DNA of 64,000 bases. Origin: Tubiluchus corallicola. Taxonomy: Eukaryota > Animalia > Priapulida. Positions 46,591 through 61,426 of this stretch are shown here, piece after piece. The DNA lies in assembly GCA_030141605.1 (NCBI GenBank), contig JAQGDQ010000256.1, positions 62,001 to 126,000 of the forward strand, written 5' to 3'. The notes under the pieces are model-generated. The model saw only the letters and a list, made by a program, of their open reading frames with translations, ran no database searches and was not told the origin of the DNA. The position numbers and the translations under genes are program-made. How positions within the stretch are numbered: position 1 is the stretch's first letter; every line of letters begins with the position of its first letter.

Positions 46591-49500
46591 GTTCACGAAC
46601 AAAAACATTTTCTGCTTTTGACTGCACATATTTATTGCAAGTAAATACTAAGAGCATTGAACCCGCATTAACAATTAGTCACAGGATGAAATACGATTTT
46701 GTGTTTTCGGCTAATTTAAACTTAGCGATACGAAGGAACAAGAATAGATGCAAAAAATAAAAATAATTGTTATTGTGATTGTTAATTTTGTCTGTTGAAA
46801 AAAATGAAACCAGGCACTTGGGCGGGAGAGAGGACTAAACTTTAGCGTAGTTGCAGTAAACAACATCAGCTGAAGACTGATGTCACTAAATCACAGAGTC
46901 ACAAGCTTTGATGATATTCTCTGGACAGTCGTCACGTTCTATTTTGTGAGTAAATAAACTGAGCATCTCCCCTCTTCAGCAACCTGAACGAAAGAGACGA
47001 AATACCTACTGGCGGAGAAAACAGCTTTATTACTCATCATCACACAAAAGTGACAACAATACTGGCCTATAATGTCAATCGGCTTCCCTAATCTGTGTTT
47101 TGAAAGCATCAGTTTCAGTTTTGAAAACATCCTGCTTTCACAGCAGTGGCTTATTTTGTCTAAAAGCAAACAAGTCAATCGTAATGGTAACAATTATTAT
47201 TACTTGGGTGTTTTTTGCTTTGGAATTCTTCCTCGCTGTGAATGCCTGGAACGAGGGTAGAATCGAAAAAGTCGCATCAGAGTAAACAACATAATAAGAG
47301 CTTCTTTGCTGGGAGACGTGAAGCTGATGAAAAGTCTGCTAAGAATGTTCATGAAAAGATTCGAATTTCTCTAGTGTTGACTCGATAATCGACAACAACT
47401 CAAAAGAATTCTCAAAGTTACTGTGATGAAACTAATAGCAGCTGTTGAATGAAAACGACAAGACGACGTCAATTTTTTTTCAAACGTTCGTTTTCAAAAG
47501 TATTTTTACATTTTTCTTGATGAAAAGGATACTAAAGAGCAAAGGAGAGAAACACATATTTGTAATATTTTTACTTTGTAACGAAACTTTTACGAATACA
47601 AATACAATACGAAACTTTTTTTGTAAAAAGATTTTCTTAAAAATGTGTCCATACAGACGTATTGGCAAATGTAATTTCATTAGACTATCCTTACAGAAAT
47701 CTTTAATGTATTCATTTTCTTCTCAAGAATTCGTAAGCTTATCCTCACACTAAGGAGTTGATTCCTATTCCGTCTGTCAGTGAAGTATTTAGGCCCGTAG
47801 GCGTGGTTTTGAAATAGGTGCTTAACACAAAACATTTATTATTTATGAAAGAACAGCAGCTGCTCCCATTAAGTCAGCCTACTTGTCATGGATTCAAAAA
47901 TGCCACGGTTTCGCTACAAATTTGCACTTACTATTAGGTGGCAGTTAAATCAAATATCTCAACTAAAAAATCTTAAACGCTGTTTTACAAGTGAGGTCAG
48001 CAAGCGTCATGGCTCTTTTGGTCCCTTTCACGCACTTACACCAGGTGTTTCTGCCACAAATTAAGAAGGTGGAGGACGAGTCCTGGATGGTATGGATCTT
48101 CTAAAATCATATGCGCTATGTGATCATGAAAAAGCCGCGGTTTGCAGTCAACCCCAGTTTCTGCTCACACGCGTGAGCAGCTGCATCTTGAGCCGCAAAA
48201 CGCGCGACACCACGCGGGTAGGTAAACTGTAAAAAAGTTGAAAAAATAAACCCTGGGTAACAAATGTGGACCAAGTTGTGCAGCAGCAGGAAAAGTTATA
48301 GTTCCAGCTTGGCACGTTGGTAGCCAAAACAATCACAGCGAGCATTATTTAGTGAAGCAGCAGGCGGTGCTTATGTTATAACTGACCACCCTCTACGCAA
48401 TCTGTAAAAATATTTATGATAAAACAAAAGCAAAAGCCGCTGTTAATTCACAGAATTCATGCATTGTCAAACTTATGGTGCCATGATATAAAACTCGTTC
48501 ATTTTATATCTCAGGCAATATTTCGTAACGACATTCTTCCATTCCTTCTCTCTTTTCTTTCTACCTTCCTTCTTTCATTATTTCCTTTCTCCTTTGCTTT
48601 TTACTTCTTTCCTACATTCCTTTGTTTTCTCATTCTTTAATTTGTTGTTCTTTTTTATCCATTCTTTCTTTTACTCACTGATTTGCTCTTTTATTTCTCA
48701 TCCCGTCCAGATTTTGCTCTTTTCTTCGTTCTTCTTTCCTTCCTTTCTTCCTTTTTTCTTCAACCCTTGCTTCTGACACTGTTTACGTACCTACCAACCT
48801 ACCTATCTGTGTAACTACATACCTAACTACCTGTAGTGTGTCTGCCTGCCAGGCTGCCTGTTAAAGCTTAAAATGTTAAAGTGCATTGAATCGAAGACTG
48901 TTATTTGCTAGTTATCTCCCAAGTTATATATCTGCATAGCAATACTCAACTAATCCGATGATAGATCGTTAGCAAAAGCTATAAAAGGTCTCTCACAGGG
49001 TAAACAGGTAACAGAATCGATCATAGATCAATAATTTCTACTCAGTCACCTGTTCTAACACTCACACTCTCGCAATAAATATTGCTGCATACAATACCAG
49101 GCGCCTGGCGCTATTGACATATTTGAAATGGACATTCTTCAACGAGAGACAATACGATTGGTTCATGGAAAACGTGACATACTGTAGTGACTATTCTACA
49201 CTACAAATACAACCATAATTGAATAGGCGTATTCCTACGTTAATTCCTGAGCACGGTTACAACATTGCATCCAACGTGGAGTAAGGAGTATGCTTGCAAT
49301 AAAGTCGAGAATGGTTCACTTGTTAATTAAGTCATTATAATACTTAATATTTCGTCATGCATTAACGACGTGCACATAAAAAAATCACGCAGAAGCATAT
49401 TGTGCGCGAACAAGAAAATTGTAAGAGATAGATGGTCAGACGATGGCATAATTTATGTATTCCCTATCAGTAGGCGTAGTTAATTAAACTGTCACAATTA

Positions 49501-50646
49501 TACAGGATGATCCACTGTGTTGCATAAGAAAAGCATGCAAGAAGTAAACGGAACAGAATGCAAAACTTGTTTTTCGACATTGTCTACGACATGATCAATT
49601 GTAGCTGATCAGTTCCCAAAAAAGTGACACTGACCAATGATCACGTGACATGTGCACTTTATACTACAAAAAGTTAAAACCGTTTCAAACTGCATGTCTG
49701 TCAATTCCTTCATCGCCAATTGAAAATATTTGAAAATAACCGTAACTGAAAACGCACAAATCCAGGTAAAACCAGCGTAACCGTTTTTTAACATTTGTTC
49801 TTATTTAACATTTGTAGGCATTATTGTATTTTCATTTGTCAAATTTCTTCGGGAGCCAAATCATTCAGCACTGAGTGATGGAATCCCCATTAAGTTTAGC
49901 CAACTTTTGGCTTTTTAATCAACTCTAGCAAACTACGCACCATTTTAATTCCGCATTGCCAATAACTAATAAAAATCATATCGTCTGATAGCGTATCAAA
50001 CTACGTTTACTCTGTGTTGACATAATGCAACAATTCGAAACTGAAATTTGTTCGAATGCGACTCGACCAAGTCATAATCTGTCACTTCTACAAGCATCAA
50101 GCTCGGTCGATTCGATTCGGTTCTTCCAACGTCGAAAAAGTCATCCTATAAACGTAAAGCTCGAATATCAGCTCTCCGGTTATTTAAGAAATTACTAGCT
50201 AGACAATTATCTCACATTTATTTAACGCGTGCTGTAACTACACAGCGAAATGGAAAACGGTCATATTAAGTTGCATTTGAAGAGTTTTTTCGAAATTTTG
50301 TTCTGGAAATTACTTGGTGAGTTGTGGCTGACTGCATGCGTTGTCAGACACCGCTTGGGCTTTTGTAATAGAACCTGTAGTCCAATCAAGAGTTTCAAAA
50401 ATCTTTAGATGTCCCATCTGTTAACAACCTGTTAATAAAAATCATTAAGAACTTGCGAGTAGATCGTTTAAGTTATGGCAATTACTGTTACAGTTGCAGC
50501 TACGGGTACAACATTTCTGCGCCAACACCAAGCAGTGAGCGCATATCGCGAGCATTGGATTTTAGGATAACTGGCTTGCAGAACTAGCTTGTAAACTAGA
50601 ACTCGGTTTTACATCAAAATTACTGTCGGTTTTACATCAAAATTAC

Positions 50647-50765
50647 TCTCCCCCTCTCTCTCCCTCCCTCTCCCCCTAACCCTCCCCTCCTCCTCCCCTC
50701 CCCCCCCTCTCTCTCTCCCTCTCCCCCCTCTCTCTCTCTCTTTCTCTCTCTCTCTGTCTCTCACT
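50647..50765. repeat. Polypyrimidine (C/CT)n tract preceded by a 22-bp direct repeat
   Basis: Direct reading; TCGGTTTTACATCAAAATTACT occurs twice at about 50603-50647. Confidence 0.9.
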
Positions 50766-51506
50766 CATTTGCTCGCTCGATCGCCCTTCCTCCCTGCCAA
50801 TAATTTTTAGAATACTTATGCACCTCTATGATCATCACTCTCTCGGCTGTAAGATGAAAACACTTTCATTAAGATTGTCCCTAATAAATAAAATATTGAT
50901 ATCTTTGCAAATGAACATTTTATACCACTCGTGGGACAAAGCGGGTAATTGGACAACACATATGAATACAAATTGGTAGTTAATAACATTTGTTTCTCTT
51001 ACTGTAGCCGCATGCCGAAACTAACAACTTCTGTTCATTACGCAATTGTCGCAATCAGTTTAAGCGAAAATTACCTGCGTTTTCCAGTCGCTGACACGTG
51101 GACAATTTTTCGAAAAATAATGCTGCAGCGACTGGGCGTGGGTTACTACTGTACCCAGAACTGTATTTGCAGCAAAAGAATTACATCACAAAAGATGAAA
51201 AGCAGTATGGATGTCCGTCCGCCCTTTGTGCACGCCCACATGCTGCTGCGTACCCCAAATGTGGTGCACCGTAAGAACCAGCATGGTCCCGAGAAGTGTC
51301 AATTACGTCACTTTATGACTTTGTGTTTAAGGTGAAGGTGCTTCTTTGACTGGTGGGTCTTTGTCCTTGTTGCTCCTTTGACTGGTGGTCCTTTATCCGG
51401 CGGTTCTTTGACCGCCCACTACTAAGACAGTTGGGTCAGCAGTCTTGAATCACAATATCGCCGAATCACAAGATCTCCGAAACACTCCTAGATTTTGTAG
51501 GAGATC

Positions 51507-52134
51507 TTAAAGCACAAGAAAACCCTCAACTTACATAAAGCTTAAAGAAATTCGTCTTGAAATTTTATACCACTTACATACTGCCTTTTTGCGTATTTGA
51601 CTTGCGTCGGCAGTAACGCTGTATAAAACATTTAAATTTAAACTCCCGCGATGACCGTCAAGATAACACTGAGTTAAGTTTGAAAAAACAATCAGACCAT
51701 TTGTAGCGCACACGTCACTAGCTAAGTAAAATTTAAAATTACTGTATCTTGTCAATAAGATTAAAAGTACGTTTTTGATTAGTCAGTGGTGCACCCTGGA
51801 GGGTGAATCAGCGACATTTTACAAATTGGTGAAAGCATTTTTAAATATTTAATAATTTTTTTCTAGTTATATATGTCTTTCAAGCAGGTAAGCGAAATGC
51901 TAAACAAAATAATTTTGCATTAAAATTTTTGGGGACATAGTTTAATATGTACTTTTCTTCCGTTTACGTAAGTGACGTCATATAATGGCGCCGTCGGAAA
52001 GTTTAAAATGAAAACAAACAAAAAACCCTTTCAACGCGAGTACGGTGTATGCATAAAATTGCTATAAAGTAATATAATTTCTTAAGGCGATTTTTCTGAA
52101 ACCTACTTTAGCTATCCCTTTTCATGTCCTTTAA
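51507..52134. mobile_element. TTAA-flanked Kolobok-like MITE; copy 2
   Basis: Same orientation and colinear with 7200-7858; ends TTAAAGCACAAGAAAA...TTTTCATGTCCTTTAA. Confidence 0.75.
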
Positions 52135-55100
52135 GTATTAGTGATTATAATGCTTTTGCTTATAAAAATAATGTTGCCTATCAACCCTAAATCTAAATCT
52201 AAATACCAAGGCCAGTAAACATGTTAAAGTGAATTAATAATCTTGGTACCATATCCTAAAAATAATAGAAACGCAACAAAAGTTCGGCAACTTTTGGCCA
52301 AACCTTGTTTTTTCGCCTTTTCCTTCTGTTAGCCAGACAATCGCTATATATTATAACGCCTGCAACCCGAGAACAATAGTGTGCGAATATCCCACTTGGG
52401 TTAGACTTGTTACTATTCCAAATGTTTAACTCTTAGTAAAATGTCTAATCACAGGACTGAAGTGGCATTCTATTCCAGTAAGTATGGTTAATTTAGTTTT
52501 CTAAGAAGTACACTGCTTTCTCTTAAAACTGCAGCTGTTTAAAGTTATGGGAAAAACGAGCAGCTGCACTTGATAAAACTCGCGTAAAACACGTGGCACT
52601 AAACTCACAATTAAACTGTTTTAAACTGCTTTTGACAACATATGTATATAGTTTCTACTCAAAACACCTTCCGTCGTTTAGAAAATTTATTGACTTGACT
52701 TGGCTGTCTGTAAAAAGGACAAGACCGATTAATTTTCGCAAAAAATTTTACTCAAATTTCATACGTCCACGCGTTATTTCACTGTGCGGAGCGTTATTAC
52801 TGTGAGTATAGCATTTTTTGTGTAAAACTAGAAAAATATATCGTTTTATGCGGGAGTCGGCGGGACTACAAAGGCAGCCATTTTGAAAGCCATCTGCTTA
52901 GCATAATTAAAGCGAGTTCTTCAATACATACAGAAGAAAAATACTGATGAAAATCCTAGAGTAGGCCTACAAACAATTTTATTAAAAATAAATCGTGGAT
53001 AAACTTAGTAATGAGTATTTTTCTGGTGCATGCTGACACTTTCTTGTTGGCACGAAATTTCTCAATTATTCGTCTCTATTACCGATCCCTTAGAATAGTG
53101 TTAAACAAAATTTTGCGAATTAACTAAAATACAATTCAAAACTTATTTATATGTTCCCTTCTCTCTTACACTAATTTAGCTATCTACAAATGTTTCGTTT
53201 CTGATTTGAGAAGACAAATCAAGCTGTGTTATTTCAAAAAACAATTTGACGTTTCACTTTGTAATAACACTACTTGGTATTTGTTTTAAGGTATTCAAAG
53301 CGATTTTTATATTTTTTGCTTCTTTATCTTTTCCACTTTTGCTAATAAAAGCGGATATAGCAAAACGCACTGGTGGCTTTGCATAACTGTAATCTTATTA
53401 CTGTCGCAAAAAACCACTGTAGCACAAGGCACAGAACTTGTCAGAAGACAAGGAAATCAAATGGCATAGGATTCGATTGTTAGCCGAGATACAGCAGAAT
53501 TACAAGCCGTTTTCGAGCAACAACACATCTCACAGTTATTGTCAATAAAACAAATCAGGACGACACTTTGCCATGTGCTCTTTAGGTATCTGAGTCAACA
53601 AAGATTCTTCCAATTCACTGTCGTCAGCCGTCAGATATTGACAAAGTCTAAGAAGCCACGCGGGAAACGAACGCTTACTCGATGGGATTCTCTGCAAACC
53701 AAATTAGAGGAGACGTCGAAGGGATTGCTTTAACCTTTCACCAACAAACGATACGTGGTTCGTGGTCACAACATAACGAAGCACGCGGATTAGACAGTGT
53801 AATAGGCAGGGTCGTCCTCTAGGGCATTTCTGTCTGCACTAGAAAAGACACGAAACTGATTATACGCAACTGATTCAGCCTTTTCGCTTTTCGGGTCTAC
53901 GTTTAAGCACAATTCCTTGCCAGCGGTTTCAAAAGCCACAAGTATTTGTCTGACAGAACGGCAGTCTTTGAAATCCTTTCCTAAGCCAATAACATGATTT
54001 AAGCTGGAATGACCGCCAATCGAATTAATTTTTTGCACTAAAGGGAGCAGATCATACAGCTAAAGTAAAAGTGCAACCCACAAAACTAATTGGTCGCGTA
54101 TAGGATAATTAAATTAATTCATTTATTCGCTTGTTTTTTGCCTTTTCGTCTGTTTGTTGTTGTTGCTGTTGTTCGTCTCTGTTTGCTACTGTTGCTGCTG
54201 ATATTGTTGCCGCTTTCCCTGATGTTATTACTGTTTCTCCCTTCCTTATCAGTCCAACATACTCCCGTTTAATAATTTTTATTCCTAAATTTTAATCCTT
54301 GTCTACTTTTTTATTTATTTTATCCTGCCCGCTTTTATCTCTTCATTCCTTGTTTTACAAATTGGTTACTTGATTTCGATTGAGTTATATTAATTAAGTG
54401 GCCTTGTAAGAGTGTAAGGAAATGTAGTTAGTATTACAGCATTTACAGTATTTTTGCGTGCTGTATGGTAACATTTAGTCATTTGCTCTTTAAGGAAAAG
54501 CCAATGTTGCAAGTACAAATGCTTTGCGTCATTACCCTACCCAGGCTGTAGTATATGCATTAGAAGCCACATTACATTAGACTGTAGTATTACGAACTAG
54601 ACTACTTTTCTACTCTTACATTGCATAGGCAGAATTTGTTACGTACGCAAGTCTCTGTTATGTTTGAAATTTAAGTAGTTTTATAGCGATAATAGTGGTA
54701 ACTAACCAGTATCATTAAGTAATGATTTTCTAGACTAGAGCAAATTTGTATTTTTGCAGAATAAACAACTTAGCTAGGAAACGCAACACTGATTTGAGCG
54801 TGTGCATTACAACTAAATTCTTTAATGCTACATTACGTTTCAATACTTGCTCGTTATGGGTAATTCTATTAGAATAATAAGCTAACAGGCTTAAACGGCG
54901 ATTCTAATTATTTACATAATAATGATTTATTTATAACATTTAGTTTATTCTGCAGACCACAAGAAACATGCTATAAAAACATAATCATGTAATCCGAGTT
55001 TCTCTGTAATATAATTATTATACCTGTGTGTTTGATCAGGGTAACTCGTGTCAATATTATAAATAATCTGCAGCATTATTGATGCGTCAGAGAAATAATA

Positions 55101-57849
55101 TCATGCAGCATGATACTTTACTACCTTCAAACTAAAATTCAAAATGAATGAAAAAAATCACCGCCTGAACTACAGATTTAAAAATATTTGCACATCAGAT
55201 GTATATTGTTTGTAATAAGACTATTACGCAATATTATAACAATTAACAAACGTCAACGATACGATATTAAACCTAAGACGTATTAGTCCTACAAATTAAA
55301 AGTGTCCTAGGTGAGTCTAATTTAATACTTTGCTAAAACGTTCTTCAGAAAACTGATTTTTGAATTTTTGAATTTGTGCAAACACGGCTAGACACTCAGT
55401 ATGCATTCTCACAGAAACAACAAAAGAACGGTTCTTTATAAGCTATTACAAAACTTGGAGTACTAGTTAAAATTTCGCACCCAACTGCAACACCAGATAC
55501 ATTTGTATGACACATTTTCTTACGAAATACCACAACATGCGCAATAAACCGACAAGAAGAAAGCCATTAGATACAAACAGATGATTTCAAAGCATGCAGA
55601 CATGCTATTTACGATACTTCGCTTGTCAGCCATTCAGCGTAAGGATCTCGTCGGTATTTTGTCATATGTCCACGTCACAAAAACATGTTTGTTTCCTTCG
55701 ATGTTTTGACGTGTACAGGAAGTAAATTAAACACCAACGCAAGAACCAGTAGTGAGAATGCAATTCATGTAATGACCAAATTATCCAAGAAGAATTTTTG
55801 CAGAAAAGAAAATTGTGAAATAAATGAGAGATCATAAAAATTGATGTCGGTGAAGTTCACCGAAAATATTTGCACAAAAATAGTAGACATTAAAAGTCCC
55901 GATAATTTTAAATCTGTTAAAAAGATAAAGATTCAAAGTGTTCGTTATGGCTATATTTACAGTTTTAAAGTTTGGTGTAGTTAGTCTATAATAAGTAAAT
56001 AATATCCATAAATATCTGTAAAATAGATTGTAGTACTTATCTTTTCTTTAAAATTGTTAGTTCTCAACAACATCCTCGTTCCATCTCCCGTTTACCCTAC
56101 TCGCCGCACGTGCACTACACTACACTACCAAAGTGAGCTACAATTAACTGGTTCACAGTTAAAAAAATGTTATGCAGCAGACATAAGTTTTGTTGCAACT
56201 CTTACTGACTAAACACAACGAAATTTTGTTTTAAGAAAAAAAACATTTTAAATACATATAATGTAAAACCAAGAAAACCATTATTATTTTGTTCACTGTG
56301 CATAAAGGTGGCATTTTTGTACCTAATTTCTTTCTGTTTGGTATAACTATTTAAACCTTCCAACTGCCAACTCACTACAACGCTGAGCAACTATTTATTC
56401 ACTTTCCTGTATTATGCTTCTTTACCATTTTCATACAACACTCAAAGGCCAGACCTACTTAACCTGTTTAATTGTGGCGAGACCGTCTCACAATCTAAGA
56501 TAGAAAGGTAGAACAGCAAAGGTATCTTTGCCACGTTCCGACGTGAATACAGCATGTGAGTTACTAGTGCAACGCAAAAATAGCAAAGTTTACGAAATAC
56601 AAGACACATATTTGCAAAATCGCGGCCCAGAGAAAAAACTTGATTTGCAGAAGTACAAGAAACACAGAAAAAGCGCAAATGAGACGCCCGCATCGCATTT
56701 ATCAAAGCTTGTGATGAACCTCAGATAGCAAACTAGAGGGATCGCTTTCTGCAAGTTTGTAAACAGGTTCCCCGCTAATGCAAAAACATCATAATAGATT
56801 GGCCTAACATCTCCGAATATTTTGAATCTTCCGCAAAGGAAGCATCAGAGAACATTTGACAAAAAAAACGACTACCATTGCGAAGAACTGTGCGTCACTG
56901 ATCAGCAGCAGCGTAATAGATCCGAATGCTCACAAAGGTTCTGCAAAACTACACATCAAACTGCAAATTCTATCCACAAGGCCTTACTTTCGAAATCTTC
57001 TGTCAACCCTGTAATCCTTACGTGTGACGCTGCCCTCAACGGAGTGCCAGACCCGACGTGAAACCATAGTCAAAAACCATCTAACGCATAAAACATTGAA
57101 AGGAAAAACACAGTTTTTTCAAGAATGATTTACGTAAAAGAATTATTACAACGTAAATTTTACTTCACGTTCGCGCCCTGTTTCGTGCACTTGCATTTCG
57201 CCATTCATTAGTTAGATGGACAACAGCGCCTGCATCTCGGAAACGCATTGCACAAGAAAATAGGAGCTGTACCTCTTTTCAGTTCACTTATGCAACTAAC
57301 TTATAGTGAAAAATTGGGTGATGACACAGCGGTAGGCTAAGCTAGGAATTTAAATTTTTAAACTTAAAATTTTGAAACTTAAATTCGCCAAGTGGTGTAA
57401 ATTTCACAGATAGTGCTGTAAAATGGCACTGTATTTCGAATTTCCCTTTTGCAAACAATTAGAATCCGGCGCTCGTGGAATGTTCCTGCCGTTTGAAAAT
57501 TGCGTTTACTTGTGACGTCACCGCTAACTGTACTTGCCGGCGGTTAATTAAGTTTCTAAGCCAATATTTAACTATCAGAAACACTTTGGCATTTTATGGT
57601 ATTTCAAAATGTGGTAAGTTATGAAAAATTATCCTGTTTTTCTTTAATAGGAAAAGCATAAGGACCGCAGCTGACCAGATCTTATTTACAGACAAGGACG
57701 TTAATATTGTCTTAGCTAATAAGCAAAGCTTCAGTTGCCCACCCCAAGGATTTGGTAAACTTTAGAGCAATCTGCAGCCTCAAGGATATTTATTACCAAA
57801 TGTACCATATGGCTAACATATTTGAATGTTCACAGTACATATTTGTGTT

Positions 57850-58890
57850 TGTAAATCCTAGCATATCCTAGGTGCATATACGAAACGCAAAAAAAGCTCT
57901 TATAAAAGTCAAAGAACAATATAAGACTGATTATAATGTAACTTTTTTATGTTTCCAGTAAACCGATCACTACATAGACATTATTGCTAAATGTTAAATG
58001 TAACTCCGACAGCCGTTTGGTTATTGGTGATGTGGTAGTGACTGTGCTGTGTCGACTACGACGATCATATTTTGATGACACATTCTGCAGCAACATGTTT
58101 CACAAGCTAATGTGACGACCAAAGAGAAAAAGTAAAAGAGAGGATAAAGAATCTACTCTAAACACTTTCTGTTAAGCCAAATAGCATGAGCAAATTACCA
58201 ACAGGTGGTGTGAGCATAGGTGACACATTACTCAAGCAAGTCAGCTGTGAAAAGTATGTGGGTCATGTAACTGACAATCAGGAAAAATAAAGAGATGACA
58301 AATATGTCTCTTTGTTACATCAGATCGAACAAATTAATTCGTACATCCATGTCAAACTAATTTTATTTATGTCATTGTACAAATTTTTATTGCTCAGCAC
58401 TGTGGCACAACTTTTACTACTATAGTTTTAAATATATAAAACTCGCTTATAATACACGAGTACACATGCTTTTTAAACAACGTTTGGATTGTTCTACTAA
58501 AAAGTGTCTTAATGTCACATTATCCTACTTTGACGTTATTTTATTAAAAAATATTTACGATCTAAAGATACATCTTTTAATAGTCATAACAGTTTGATAA
58601 ATGAAAATTTTAACGGTGATTGTATCTTTTTATCTAAAATTTACCAATATTGGATAAATCAGCTATATACAGAAAACCTCTACTAATTTTAAATCTTTAA
58701 TATGGCACTTGTATTCTGCCGAATTTTTATCTGTAAATAGCTTTATTACTGTAGTATTTTATGTGTGCGTGTGTGCGCGCGTGTGTGTGTGTGTAAGTGT
58801 GTGATGTATTACACATATGTAGTAGTTTTTATTGTGTGTTGATATTATTGGTTTTACCTGGAATAAAGTCCATGTTATCTTATTTTATCT
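57850..58890 (+). mobile_element. Highly decayed LINE 3' portion
   Basis: Fragments GDTLLKQVSCEKYVGHV (KYLG motif) and FYCSALWHNF...IKLAYNTRVHMLFKQRLDCS (LINE post-RT motif). Ends with AATAAA at about 58862 and a TTATCT-type tail. Confidence 0.6.
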
Positions 58891-59519
58891 TTTTTATCTA
58901 ACACAAATTCGTTAAGGCCATGAACCCTACAAGCACCGCACATAATTACATCACACCCAGATTCACCAAGAGTAACATGACCAGGTCGATTTTCGAACTA
59001 CATTTGGAGCACTGATGATGATTATGACTATAATTGAGGGATCAACTACTACTACGTAATAGTTCTGAAGCTTCCACGCCTGGACGCAAGAATTAAAAGT
59101 AAAAATTTCGTTTCGGATATGCTTAAGGTAGCGAGCAGGTACGATGACACCCAATCATCAACGTGCAAAAATGCACATTTGATACTTTCAGAACATTTTG
59201 CCAAAGCGAAGCGATTTGATGAATGGCCGATGGATGGGCAGACAAGCTCGTAAGCCAATTTTATTCAGAGAATTCTCATAGTCTGTGGTATAAATCAGGC
59301 TTTGTCACTTCAAGCGAATACGAATCAAACGAGAGGCGCGCAAGACATTCACAAGTAATAAGGAGATGGTATACAAGCAATCCATGTACTGATGTAAAAA
59401 TTGAGAACACTGCTTCAATTTGACAGTTGGGCCTTAATATTAACTACCATTTGTTTCATTGTGCAAGAAACGTTTGAATTTTAGGCCTACTCGTTTGACA
59501 TACTTGCACATTCACTCTT

Positions 59520-59659
59520 TCATCATCATCATCATCATCATCACCGTCATCATCATCATCATCATCGTCACTTTATTATTATCATTATCATATACTACTA
59601 CTGCTACTACTACACTACTACTGCTACTGCTACTGCCACTGCTACAACTGCTGCTACTG

Positions 59660-59721
<62 letters not shown>

Positions 59722-59776
59722 ACTGCAACTGCTACTGCTACTGCTACTGCTACTGCTACTACTAAAAATAATAATG

Positions 59777-59869
<93 letters not shown>

Positions 59870-59935
59870 GTATTACTACCACTACAACTACTATTATTAC
59901 TGCTACTAGCAACCATCATAATCATCGTCATCTTC
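59520..59935. repeat. Compound trinucleotide microsatellite (CAT)n-(CTA/CTG)n-(AAT)n
   Basis: Direct reading; explains the poly-I/L/S/A ORFs. Confidence 0.97.
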
Positions 59936-60879
59936 GTATTCATTACCGCTTGTCTTCACTATCAATATCGTTTGATTTCAAAATACTTGCTTGTACCTGA
60001 AAAATTCATAAGCCCGGTATTTGTTGCTATTAACAACAGCCGTTGGCAGCAATTTAATTAGAAAACAGCCGTTTTATTATTCTCCTTATCACCAATATTA
60101 GTCATTGATGAAGATGGTAAAAGAGATAATAACGTGCTCTTTACACACCTGCATGCTAAAACAAACAGCACATGACCAGCGCTCATTAATGGAAATCGTT
60201 GAATGTAGTTGGTGCAGTAGTAACAACATTTGAAAGTTCACGTTCAGGTAGCCAGGCTTCAGCAAGATAATGCAGTGAATGTGTGAAACTCGGACTTATT
60301 AAGGTAGTGCAAAATTATACCAGTTAATTGGTAAACACGCCCGAGCTTTATATACCAATTACGTAAGAGAAACACGTAGCAACTCCACGGCTATCATAAG
60401 GCCCCGGTTGCAATGCAGTTTTTGCAATAAAATTATTAAGCATAAAATTAAGAAGATTGGTTTTATTAAGCGTCTTCTTTAGCTCATTTTAAAGAGAGAA
60501 AATTTGGATGTGGCCTCAACGAACGAGAATAACCAATTATGATCAGTTAATTTAAACTCAAAAAAGTACATTTGACGTACGAAAAAAAAGTACGAAAAAA
60601 CTCTCACGCGTCTGATATGGTTTTCTACGTGTGTTTTCCCAAAATTTTTTTACATAATCAAATAATGGATATAGGAGGGCTGTTCAAGGTAGCATAAACT
60701 ATAGCACTATTTATTTTACATTTAGCTATTGAACGTAGGCAGGTAAGTAACTTAAATTTCATTCAACTAGAGTTTTAGATCAAAGTAACCCGACCCAAAT
60801 CGACACTCTTTTGGATGTAATGTTATTCTTTTTGATGTTGTTGTTGAAGGGTGATCTTTTTAGAAAAATGCCTAATGCC

Positions 60880-61090
60880 ATAGATCGTCATGAACCGTTA
60901 CTCAAACATACTAGAGTGAATTCTGCATCGATGGCAGAATCAGTGTTGCGGTTTACCATTTTGAATTCAAAATCACGACAATAACATCATGTTTAGAACC
61001 CCCATGGGTAATCATGAAACTTTGTAACAGCAAGTATACTAGAACAGGTTCCGCATCGATTGACGGAATCGGATTTCGATCAGCCAATTT
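60880..61090 (+). repeat. Dispersed repeat fragment related to 15250-15440
   Basis: Shared blocks as listed for 15250-15440. Confidence 0.55.
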
Positions 61091-61135
61091 AAATTCAAGA
61101 TGAAGGCATTAATATATATATATATATATACACGC

Positions 61136-61426
61136 ACAATTTGTGAAAACACTTTTAAAATTATCAAGTACATAACTAGTCAAAAACTGTTGTAAGCAAT
61201 AACGTTATACTAAATATCCACTTCGAAATTAACATCTTTCAACTTTCCCTACATTTGATATTTAGCATATATAGCTCACAATTTGTGAATAGTATGATAA
61301 AACACACGTAAAATTATTAAGTACATAACTAGTCAAAAACTGTTGTAAGCAATAACGTTATTACTACTAAATATCTAAAGAAAATTTACAAAAGTAAGGA
61401 AAGTTGAAACACGTTAATTTCGAAGT
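61136..61426. repeat. Local direct duplication interleaved with a ~30-bp inverted repeat
   Basis: AAGTACATAACTAGTCAAAAACTGTTGTAAGCAATAACGTTAT occurs at about 61166 and 61319; inverted pair at 61220-61250 and 61397-61426. Confidence 0.85.

Noticed and set aside
52855-52895. GGACTACAA plus GCCATTTTG (ZNF143/YY1-like promoter motifs)
   Set aside because: Short partial matches with no associated exon or gene found.
59459-60061. Poly-L/I/S/A ORFs
   Set aside because: Compound trinucleotide microsatellite without coding context.
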